Below are positions 1-8,209 of a DNA stretch of 46,772 nucleotides, piece after piece. The translations under genes and the position numbers were made by a program. How positions within the stretch are numbered: the stretch's first letter is position 1; every line of letters starts with the position of its first letter. The notes beneath the pieces are model-generated. The model was given only the letters and a program-made list of their open reading frames with translations. It ran no database searches and was not told the origin of the DNA. Origin of the DNA: Pseudomonadota bacterium (lineage in GTDB: Bacteria > Pseudomonadota > Alphaproteobacteria > Rhodobacterales > Rhodobacteraceae); the NCBI GenBank assembly GCA_038526325.1, contig JBCBGX010000001.1, positions 1 through 46,772 of the forward strand, given 5' to 3'.

Positions 1-39
1 GAAGACCGCATGGATCAAGCTTTGAGGGCCGCAACATGA
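1..39 (+). CDS. 3' end of an upstream gene (partial, product unknown)
   Basis: Frame 1 reads EDRMDQALRAAT* with TGA at 37-39 overlapping ATG 36 (ATGA coupling). Confidence 0.45.
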   Translation, partial: EDRMDQALRAAT

Positions 40-1292
40 CCGACAAAACCATCCATAGTCAGCACTTTACCACCCTGACCCCGGATCGTGTCGGCCAGAT
101 AGGTCAACTCGTCATCTTTGGTGTCATAGGTGCCTACTAGAAGGATGGTAAAGTGCTGACTATGGATGTCAGCGTGCTGGGCGATCCCTCTGCGCCCACC
201 GACATCTCAAAACACGATGTCGCCGAGGCGGGCGGGCATTCAATTCAGGAAGCAATCGACAGCGGTGACGAGAATGTCGCCATGCAGATCATGGCCAAGG
301 GCGGTGCGGTCCTGGCAGCAAAGGCGCATGCAGACGGCAAGATCGACGGTGTGCTTGTGTTGGGCGGCACGATGGGCACCGATGCAGCACTCGATATCTG
401 TTCGGCCCTGCCCTTGGGGGTGCCGAAATACATCGTGTCGACGGTGTCATTTTCGCCACTGATCCCACCTGACCGCTTGCCCGCTGATATCCAAATGATC
501 CTTTGGGCCGGGGGGCTCTATGGCTTGAACTCGGTTTGCAAATCCTCGCTGTCCCAAGCCGCCGGTGCGGTGCTGGGCGCGGCCCGCGCAGTAGAGGCCC
601 CGCGCAACGACAAACCACTGATCGGCATGACATCGTTCGGCAAAACGGTTCTGAAATACATGGTTACCCTGAAACCCGCGTTAGAGGCGCGCGGTTTTGA
701 AGTCGCCGTGTTTCACGCCACCGGCATGGGAGGGCGGGCCTTCGAAAGCCTGGCCGCCGAGGGGCGCTTTGCCGCTGTGATGGACTTCGCCCCGCAAGAG
801 GTCGGCAATCACTTGATGGGCTCAACCATCTCAGCAGGCGAAGACCGTATGACCGCAGCAGGACTAAACGGCACCCCGCAGATGGTATCGATCGGTTGTT
901 ACGACTTGGTTGATTTTGTCGGCTGGCAGGCGGTACCAGAAAAGCTCGCAGGTCAGGAAACGCATGCGCATAACAGGCTTTTGTCCTCGGTTATGATGTC
1001 CGCCGCGCAACGCCGTGAGATGGCCCGCGAAATGTGCCAAAAGCTGGCTCGCACCAAAGGCCCGACCACCTTCATTCTCCCGACACAAGGCGGCAATGAG
1101 TGGGACCGCCCCGGTGGCCCGCTCTCGGACCGAGAGGGCCTTGCGGCCTTCATCGACGAAGTGCGGGCGCACTGCCCCGAAAACGTGCAGTTGGTCGAGC
1201 TTGACGCACATATCAACGATCAGGCCTTTTCTGACCAGGTGTTGGCGACCTTTGATCGATGGATAGCCGAGGGCACGTTATTGGCCTCGTAA
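36..1292 (+). pseudogene. UPF0261 / Tm-1-like ATP-binding domain protein, disrupted by an inversion of its N-terminal coding segment
   Basis: ORF 153-1292 has family motifs (GGTMGT, LPLGVPKYIVST, GLYGLNSV, IGMTSFG, VFHATGMGGRAFE, HIND). The missing N-terminus ILLVGTYDTKDDELTYLADTIRGQG is read on the minus strand within about 70-148. In the current orientation the frame from ATG 36 stops at TAG 138-140. Confidence 0.85.
50..168. repeat. Perfect 23-bp inverted repeat pair (50-72 and 146-168) flanking a 73-bp inverted segment
   Basis: CATCCATAGTCAGCACTTTACCA (50-72) is the exact reverse complement of TGGTAAAGTGCTGACTATGGATG (146-168). Confidence 0.95.
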
Positions 1293-1603
1293 GGCGCTCG
1301 TTTCGCCGTAAGTCGAACAGCCGAACACAGACGATGCTTTCAGCGTGAGTGGTTTCGTCCGCATCGCACAAGTCTAGAACCGGCTACCCGCGCGCCGCTT
1401 GAGCAGTTGTTTTGGCGGATACAAAGCGAGCAATTGGTCAAATTGCGTCGAATGACCCGCAGGGTTCCAGCGCTATAACAAAATTCAAAGACCGCTCTCG
1501 CGCCATAAACCACATACAGAGAAGACCGTGCTGCCAGTGAGAATAAATGCTGCGTCAGCATTAGCCGCAGGTGCAAAAGTCCGCTTCGTCCGCTCACCCG
1601 CAC

Positions 1604-1996
1604 TCACCCCGTCCGCAGGCTTCGCAAAAACAATCCGATCCCGCCCACAAGCAGCACAAGGATGACGATTAGGTCAAATGCGCTCATCCGGGCGAGTTGC
1701 AGTTCCATATTCGCGATCACCCCGAAGATCAGCGCGGTCAGCGATCCCCCGGCTAGAAGCCAGCCGATCCAGTTTTTTGAATTGTAGAAAATCATGCCCA
1801 CCCCGAACATGAACGGGATCAGGATCATACCGCTGGTGATGGGGAACCCGCCGAACCGGAACGCCACCGCGCCGAACCCGAAATTCGGGCGCACCACGAT
1901 GTTGTTCAGCAGCAGATACCCGCCCCCGATCATCATGATCAGTCCGATCAGAAAGCCGCCCGTTCCGCCGTCACTGCCACCTGCGCCGCGCGCCAT
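1604..1996 (-). CDS. Hypothetical 4-TM Gly-rich membrane protein
   Basis: ORF 1604-2008 with four hydrophobic segments. GGAGA RBS precedes ATG 1996. Confidence 0.75.
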   Translation of the reverse strand: MARGAGGSDGGTGGFLIGLIMMIGGGYLLLNNIVVRPNFGFGAVAFRFGGFPITSGMILIPFMFGVGMIFYNSKNWIGWLLAGGSLTALIFGVIANMELQLARMSAFDLIVILVLLVGGIGLFLRSLRTG

Positions 1997-2113
1997 GATA
2001 TTCTCCACCTGTCATTTGGGTCTGACCGCCTATCTAGGCTGCGCGCGGGCCAATTGCCAGCCGAACCATTAAGTCTGGGCCGCAAGTAACGGATCCGTAT
2101 GCGGTGTCTGGGC

Positions 2114-2644
2114 TCAGGTCAGGCGGCGCAACTCATCCATCAATTCGGTCAGCGCTTTGACATATCGGTCCGTCTTCAGCTTGCCGCTTTCATCAAATTC
2201 GGCCGCTGAATTCGCCACCAAAACCTCTGGCCCCTGCAGGATCTGTGGGCGAAACGCCATCATTGCCAGACGCAATGAAAACTGGCTCCGCTCGCCCCCT
2301 GCGCGGCCCGCTGTGGCCGACATAATCGCGACCGGTTTGCCTTTCCACGGCCCGCCTTTCGTGCGGCTGACCCAGTCCAGCGCGTTTTTCAGTGATCCGG
2401 AAATTGCCTTGTTATATTCGGGGGTTGCGATAATCACGGCATCTGCCGACGCGATCTGATCAGACAGTTTCTGCACTGATGCAGGGATCCCTTCGGCCTC
2501 TTCCAGATCACCATTGTAAAGCGGCAGGTTGATGTCGCCTTCGATGAAGTTGTCCGCACCGAAAATCTCTGCCGCGTTGCGCATCAGCATCGTATTCGTG
2601 GACGCCTTGCGCAATGATCCTGAAATCCCAAGAAGTGTTGTCAT
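2114..2644 (-). CDS. NADPH-dependent FMN reductase (flavodoxin-like fold)
   Basis: GISGSLRKASTN, IATPEYN, LKNALDWVSR, GKPVAIMS motifs. Start trimmed to MTTLLGISGS. Confidence 0.9.
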   Translation of the reverse strand: MTTLLGISGSLRKASTNTMLMRNAAEIFGADNFIEGDINLPLYNGDLEEAEGIPASVQKLSDQIASADAVIIATPEYNKAISGSLKNALDWVSRTKGGPWKGKPVAIMSATAGRAGGERSQFSLRLAMMAFRPQILQGPEVLVANSAAEFDESGKLKTDRYVKALTELMDELRRLT

Positions 2645-2750
2645 GATGGCTGCCTTTCCTTGCTTGGGGCTAGAGCTAACGCGATTGGCAGATTGCGCAA
2701 GCGCAAGCTTTCGCACATGATCGCGGCAAGTACCAAAGGGAGGGTCGGCC

Positions 2751-4400
2751 ATGCTGCGTCACGGCGGGAAAATACTGAGTGATCAGTTGGTTAAGCTGGG
2801 TGTGCGGCGGGTCTTTTCGGTGCCGGGCGAAAGCTTTCTGGCAGCCCTTGACGGTCTTTACGACAGCGGAATTCAAAACGTCGTTTGCCGCCAGGAAGGT
2901 GGCGCTGCGATGATGGCCGAAGCGTATGGCAAGATGACCGGCACCCCCGGCGTCTGCTTTGTCACCCGCGGCCCGGGGGCCACAAATGCCAGCGCCGGCA
3001 TCCACATCGCCCAGCAAGACAGCACGCCGATGGTGATGTTTGTCGGCCAAATCGACAACCGGCATACGGATCGTGAGACATTTCAAGAGGTTGATTACAA
3101 ATCGCTTTTTGGCGGGTTGGCCAAATGGGTGGCACAAGTCAACGACACCGACCGGCTGCCAGAATACATTGCCCGCGCCTTTCAAATCGCGCAGTCCGGA
3201 CGGCCCGGTCCGGTGGTTCTGGCTCTCCCGGAAAACATGCTCAGCGCGTCGGCGGATGTGCCGGATCTCCGTGTTCCGGACATGATCTCTCAACCTGTAC
3301 CTGGAGAGGCTGTGCAGACAATCATGCACGCGCTGGCACAGGCACTCAAACCCATGGTCGTTGTGGGCGGCCCGCATTGGTCAGCGCAAGCGCAAGCGGA
3401 TCTACATGCCTTTGCTGAAAGCCAGCAAGTGCCTGTGGCTCTTGGGTTTCGCAGGCAAGACTACATGGACAATCACCACGCCAATTATGTCGGTGACCTT
3501 AATGTGGGGATCAATCCAAAGCTGGCGGCCCGGGTCCGAGAGGCCGACACATTGATCCTGCTGGGGACACGTTTCGGTGATATCGAAACCCAGGGCTACA
3601 CGCTTGTTGATCCGGCGGATCCGCAGAAAACCATCGTGCACATTCACTCGGATGCAGATGAAATTGGGCGGGTCTATACGCCGGATGTCGGGGGTGTCGC
3701 GACGGCCCCCGAAATCTTGCGCGTTCTTGCGGATGCGGCCCCCGCCGGGGCCTGGCCCGATTGGACGGGTGCCGCGCGGGCGGACTATGAAGACTGGCAT
3801 CACCCGCAGGAAAGCCCCGGTACGCTAAAGCAGGAAGTGGTCATCAAATGGCTGTCTGACCATCTGCCTGAAGATGCGATCATCACGAATGGTGCTGGCA
3901 ATTACGCGGCCTGGCTGCATCGGTATTTTGTGTACAAGCACCATGGCACGCAGCTGGCACCAACATCCGGATCCATGGGATATGGGCTCCCGGCGGCCAT
4001 TTCGGCCTCGCTCGAACATCCGGACCGGACGGTCGTGTGCTTGGCAGGTGACGGCTGTTTCCAGATGACCTGCAATGAGTTGGGCACGGCTGTTCAGCAC
4101 GGCGCGACGCCGATTGTTGTTGTCATGAATAACAGACGCTACGGCACGATCCGCATGCATCAGGAAAAGACCTATCCGGGCCGCGTATCGGGCACGGCGC
4201 TCGTTAATCCAGACTTTACGGCACTTGCGCGGGCCTATGGCGGTCATGGTGAGCGTGTTGAAACCACTGCAGATTTCCCTGACGCCTTCGCCCGTGCCCA
4301 AGCGGCCGGCACGCTGGCCGTGATTGAATGTCTGGTCGATGAAGAGGCACTGACAACCGGTGCAACCCTATCTGGGGTCCGCGCGGCTGCCCCGCATTAA
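2751..4400 (+). CDS. Thiamine pyrophosphate-dependent enzyme, acetolactate synthase large-subunit-like
   Basis: VPGES, CRQEGGAAMMAEAYGK, TRGPGATN, GSMGYGLPAA, GDG..NN TPP motif. No small regulatory subunit is adjacent. Confidence 0.9.
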   Translation: MLRHGGKILSDQLVKLGVRRVFSVPGESFLAALDGLYDSGIQNVVCRQEGGAAMMAEAYGKMTGTPGVCFVTRGPGATNASAGIHIAQQDSTPMVMFVGQIDNRHTDRETFQEVDYKSLFGGLAKWVAQVNDTDRLPEYIARAFQIAQSGRPGPVVLALPENMLSASADVPDLRVPDMISQPVPGEAVQTIMHALAQALKPMVVVGGPHWSAQAQADLHAFAESQQVPVALGFRRQDYMDNHHANYVGDLNVGINPKLAARVREADTLILLGTRFGDIETQGYTLVDPADPQKTIVHIHSDADEIGRVYTPDVGGVATAPEILRVLADAAPAGAWPDWTGAARADYEDWHHPQESPGTLKQEVVIKWLSDHLPEDAIITNGAGNYAAWLHRYFVYKHHGTQLAPTSGSMGYGLPAAISASLEHPDRTVVCLAGDGCFQMTCNELGTAVQHGATPIVVVMNNRRYGTIRMHQEKTYPGRVSGTALVNPDFTALARAYGGHGERVETTADFPDAFARAQAAGTLAVIECLVDEEALTTGATLSGVRAAAPH

Positions 4401-4957
4401 GGGGCCGGACCCATCAGCGCTTGCAGAATGTCCATCGCGTTCTGGCTGGACCAATCTGCGTCGCCTTGCATGCGCGCCACCTCGTTTCCATCGGGATCAA
4501 AAATAATGGTGACGGGCAGGCCCAGCACACCCAAAGACCGGGCCAGACTTTGCCGCGCATCTGTGTGTAAAGGCAGGTTTTCGACACCGATCTCTTCGAA
4601 AAACCGTTGCATGCCGGGCAGGGGGTTGCGTCCTGTTGCAATGGTAACAACCTCAAAATCGTCGCCACCCATGGCCGTTTGTAGGGCAGAAAGATGCGGC
4701 ATTTCGGTCCGGCATGGCGCGCACCATGTCGCCCAGAAGTTTAGCACAATGTGTTTGCCCCGATAGTTGGCGATTGTCATGTCCTCACCGCTCTCAGCCT
4801 TGAAGGCCACGTCTGACCCGGGGATCGGCTCGGCATGAAAGATCAGCTTACGCATGTCGCCTTCGCGCAGGGCCACTACTGCGGCAATGTCAGCACCACC
4901 TGGGTTTGCAACGCTGACAAGGGCCGTATAAAGCAGGGCTGATAATAACTTCCGCAT
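4397..4957 (-). CDS. tlpA: TlpA-family thiol:disulfide oxidoreductase
   Basis: N-terminal signal/anchor, LNFWATWCAPCR, GLPVT cis-Pro. Divergent from argH as is typical in alphaproteobacteria. Confidence 0.9.
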   Translation of the reverse strand: MRKLLSALLYTALVSVANPGGADIAAVVALREGDMRKLIFHAEPIPGSDVAFKAESGEDMTIANYRGKHIVLNFWATWCAPCRTEMPHLSALQTAMGGDDFEVVTIATGRNPLPGMQRFFEEIGVENLPLHTDARQSLARSLGVLGLPVTIIFDPDGNEVARMQGDADWSSQNAMDILQALMGPAP

Positions 4958-4971
4958 AGGCGCTTTCCTTC

Positions 4972-6363
4972 ATGACCAAGACCGCAAACACGATGTGGGG
5001 CGGGCGTTTCGCCGCCGGACCAGACGCGATTATGGAGGCAATTAACGCCTCAATCGGGTTTGACCAGCGCCTTGCATCCCAGGACATCGCAGGCTCGCGC
5101 GCCCATGCCGCCATGCTGGCAGCGACAGGCATCATTACGGATAAAGACGCTGAAGCGATCCGGGAAGGCCTGATCACCGTTTTGTCAGAGATTGAAACGG
5201 GGGAGTTTCCGTTTTCTGCTGCGCTGGAAGACATTCATATGAATGTTGAGGCCCGGTTAAAGGACATGATCGGTGAACCGGCGGGTCGGTTGCACACGGC
5301 CAGATCCCGCAACGATCAGGTGGCCGTGGATTTCCGGCTGTGGGTGCGGGACCAATGCGATGCGGCCGACGCCGCGCTCGGCGCGCTCTGCCAGACGCTT
5401 CTCGCGCAGGCCCACGCAGGTGCGGATTGGGTGATGCCCGGTTTTACACATTTGCAGACGGCCCAGCCGGTGACATGGGGCCATCACATGCTGGCCTATG
5501 TAGAAATGTTCGCCCGTGACCGGTCCCGATTTGCGGATGCGCGCAAACGTATGAATACTTCACCCCTTGGGGCTGCAGCACTGGCAGGGACCTCGTTCCC
5601 GATTGACCGGCAGATGACGGCGCAGGCTTTGGGTTTTGACCGGCCCATGGCCAATTCGCTGGATGCAGTGTCGGACCGGGATTTCGCGCTGGAGTTTTTG
5701 GCTTCCGCCAGCATTTGCGCCATGCATCTGAGCCGCTTGGCCGAGGAATTGGTGATCTGGTCTTCCGCGCAGTTTCGCTTTGTGAAGATGTCAGACAAAT
5801 GGTCCACTGGGTCATCGATCATGCCGCAAAAGCGCAACCCGGATGCGGCCGAACTAATTCGCGCAAAGATCGGACGCATTTTTGGGGCCAATGTCGCCTT
5901 GATGACAGTGATGAAGGGTCTGCCGCTGACCTATTCGAAGGATATGCAAGAGGACAAGGAACAGGTCTTTGATGCCGCCGACAATCTGCTGCTGGCTTTG
6001 GCTGCGATGACAGGCATGGTGGGAGACATGACCGCCAATCGCGATAACCTGAAAGCCGCCGCCGCCAGCGGGTTTTCGACAGCCACTGATCTTGCTGATT
6101 GGTTGGTGCGCGAACTTGGGCTACCTTTCCGCGAGGCGCATCACATCACCGGGGCTCTGGTGGCGCTCGCTGAAAGCAAAGGATGCGATTTGCCGGATCT
6201 GACGCTGGAGGATATGCAGGCAGAGCATAGTGGCATCCGAGCGGATGTGTTTGATGTGTTGGGGGTTGAGAACTCGGTCGCGTCCCGAACAAGTTTCGGC
6301 GGGACCGCACCTGATCAGGTCCGTGCGCAGATTGCGTATTGGACAGAACACTTGAAAGCGTGA
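4972..6363 (+). CDS. argH: Argininosuccinate lyase
   Basis: [46 protein letters not shown]. Confidence 0.98.
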   Translation: MTKTANTMWGGRFAAGPDAIMEAINASIGFDQRLASQDIAGSRAHAAMLAATGIITDKDAEAIREGLITVLSEIETGEFPFSAALEDIHMNVEARLKDMIGEPAGRLHTARSRNDQVAVDFRLWVRDQCDAADAALGALCQTLLAQAHAGADWVMPGFTHLQTAQPVTWGHHMLAYVEMFARDRSRFADARKRMNTSPLGAAALAGTSFPIDRQMTAQALGFDRPMANSLDAVSDRDFALEFLASASICAMHLSRLAEELVIWSSAQFRFVKMSDKWSTGSSIMPQKRNPDAAELIRAKIGRIFGANVALMTVMKGLPLTYSKDMQEDKEQVFDAADNLLLALAAMTGMVGDMTANRDNLKAAAASGFSTATDLADWLVRELGLPFREAHHITGALVALAESKGCDLPDLTLEDMQAEHSGIRADVFDVLGVENSVASRTSFGGTAPDQVRAQIAYWTEHLKA

Positions 6364-6371
6364 GGCTTGAG

Positions 6372-6545
6372 ATGAAAAGAATCGCTTTGATCATGGCGCT
6401 TGGGGCGCTGGCCGCCTGTGGCGCTGATGCACCGCCGCTGCAACCGAATGCCAATGTTGGCGTCAGCGTCGGCAACAATGGTGTGAATACAACGGCAGGG
6501 ATCGGTGCATCAAATGGCACGTTTTCGGTGGGGCTGAACCTCTGA
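6372..6545 (+). CDS. Small lipoprotein (LptM/LppL-like position between argH and lysA)
   Basis: MKRIALIMALGALAAC lipobox followed by GADAPP. GAGG RBS precedes ATG 6372. Confidence 0.8.
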   Translation: MKRIALIMALGALAACGADAPPLQPNANVGVSVGNNGVNTTAGIGASNGTFSVGLNL

Positions 6546-6880
6546 TGCGGAACGTCTACCTTTTGCTGGCCACTTGGGGCACCGTTCACCCGATGTATTA
6601 TTTCATCACGTGGTTTCGGGCCGAAGGCTTTGACATTATGAAAATGGTGGATGCCTGGCACGTCAATGCCGCCACCAGCGGATTGGTCTGGGACCTTACG
6701 GTAGCTGCGGTGGCGCTGACGATCTGGATCCTGGTCGAGGCGATCAAGACCAAGAATTACCTGAGCCTGATCGCCATCCCCGCAACCTATTGCATTGGGG
6801 TCAGCTGTGGTCTGCCGCTTTATCTCTATCTGCGCGCACGGGTCGTTTATTACAAAGACCAGCACACCGTCCGCGTTTAG
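6545..6880 (+). CDS. DUF2834-like small membrane protein
   Basis: Three hydrophobic segments, WDL and GVSCGLPLYLYLR motif. TGATG coupling to the upstream gene. Confidence 0.75.
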   Translation: MRNVYLLLATWGTVHPMYYFITWFRAEGFDIMKMVDAWHVNAATSGLVWDLTVAAVALTIWILVEAIKTKNYLSLIAIPATYCIGVSCGLPLYLYLRARVVYYKDQHTVRV

Positions 6881-6940
6881 GGTTGGCCCGCGCCTGCGAT
6901 CTGCTATGTCCTGACCTGGTTTTGGACAGGGATCGCAAGC

Positions 6941-8209
6941 TTGGATCATTTTCTATATCGTGATGGCGCCCTTTACGCCGAGGATGTGCCCGTGGCCGAG
7001 ATTGCGGCCGCCGTTGGCACCCCGTTTTACGTGTATTCCAAGGCGACCCTGACCCGGCATTTCAAACTGTTTGATGACGCACTGGGCTTTGCCGATCACC
7101 TGGTCTGTTTCGCGATGAAATCGCTGTCCAATCAGGCAGTTATAAAGGTGCTTGGCGATGCCGGCGCGGGGATGGATGTGGTGTCCATCGGGGAATATTT
7201 GCGTGCCAAAGCCGCGGGCGTCCCTGGCGAAAGAATTGTGTTTTCGGGTGTCGGCAAGACAGAAGATGAAATGCGGACAGCACTGAAAGGTGGCATTCGG
7301 CAGTTCAATGTTGAAAGTGAACCGGAAATGGTGGTTCTGGACCAAGTTGCGCAATCGCTTGGGCTCGTGGCTCCGATCACGGTTCGCGTGAACCCTGACG
7401 TAGATGCCAAGACCCATGCCAAAATCGCAACTGGCAAATCCGAGAACAAGTTCGGCATCCCGATCAGCCGCGCCCGCGAGGTCTACGCCATGGCCGCCAA
7501 GATGCCAGGGCTCAAGGTCATCGGGATTGATGTGCATATCGGATCGCAACTGACTGAGCTGGCCCCGTTTGAGGCGGCCTATCAAAAGGTCGCTGAACTA
7601 ACCGAACAGCTGCGTGACGATGGGCATGAGATCGCGCGCCTTGATCTGGGCGGCGGTCTGGGCATTCCTTACGCGCGTTCCAACGAGGCGCCGCCATTGC
7701 CGACCGACTATGGCGCCTTGATTGAACGCACGGTCGGCCATCTAGGCTGCGAAATTGAGATCGAGCCTGGGAGACTGATTTCAGGCAATGCGGGCTTGAT
7801 GGTGTCGAAAGTTATTTATGTAAAGTCCGGCGAAGATCGCGATTTCCTCATCCTCGACGGGGCCATGAATGATTTGATACGCCCTGCGATGTACGAGGCT
7901 TGGCATGACATCGTGCCGGTGATCGAGCCTGAACCGGGCGCAGAGCCCGCGAAATACGACATTGTTGGCCCAATCTGCGAAAGCGGCGACACTTTTGCAA
8001 AAGGGCGGGTTATGCCATCGGTGGCGCCTGACGATTTGGTGGCCTTCCGCTCTGCGGGAGCTTACGGTGCTGTCATGTCATCTGAGTATAACTCGCGCCC
8101 CTTGATCCCAGAGGTGCTCGTGGACAAAGATCAATTTGCAGTTATCCGCGCACGCCCTACCTATGAAGAGATGATTGCGCGCGATACACTACCAAAATGG
8201 CTAGAGTAG
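6941..8209 (+). CDS. lysA: Diaminopimelate decarboxylase
   Basis: GTPFYVYS, FAMKSLSN (PLP Lys), ENKFGI, HIGSQ, DLGGGLG, GPICESGD, AGAYGAVMSSEYNSRP. Confidence 0.98.
   Translation: MDHFLYRDGALYAEDVPVAEIAAAVGTPFYVYSKATLTRHFKLFDDALGFADHLVCFAMKSLSNQAVIKVLGDAGAGMDVVSIGEYLRAKAAGVPGERIVFSGVGKTEDEMRTALKGGIRQFNVESEPEMVVLDQVAQSLGLVAPITVRVNPDVDAKTHAKIATGKSENKFGIPISRAREVYAMAAKMPGLKVIGIDVHIGSQLTELAPFEAAYQKVAELTEQLRDDGHEIARLDLGGGLGIPYARSNEAPPLPTDYGALIERTVGHLGCEIEIEPGRLISGNAGLMVSKVIYVKSGEDRDFLILDGAMNDLIRPAMYEAWHDIVPVIEPEPGAEPAKYDIVGPICESGDTFAKGRVMPSVAPDDLVAFRSAGAYGAVMSSEYNSRPLIPEVLVDKDQFAVIRARPTYEEMIARDTLPKWLE

Noticed and set aside
1-1292. Dedicated invertase for the 50-168 inversion
   Set aside because: No serine or tyrosine recombinase ORF is visible anywhere in the window. 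Sequence upstream of position 1 cannot be seen.
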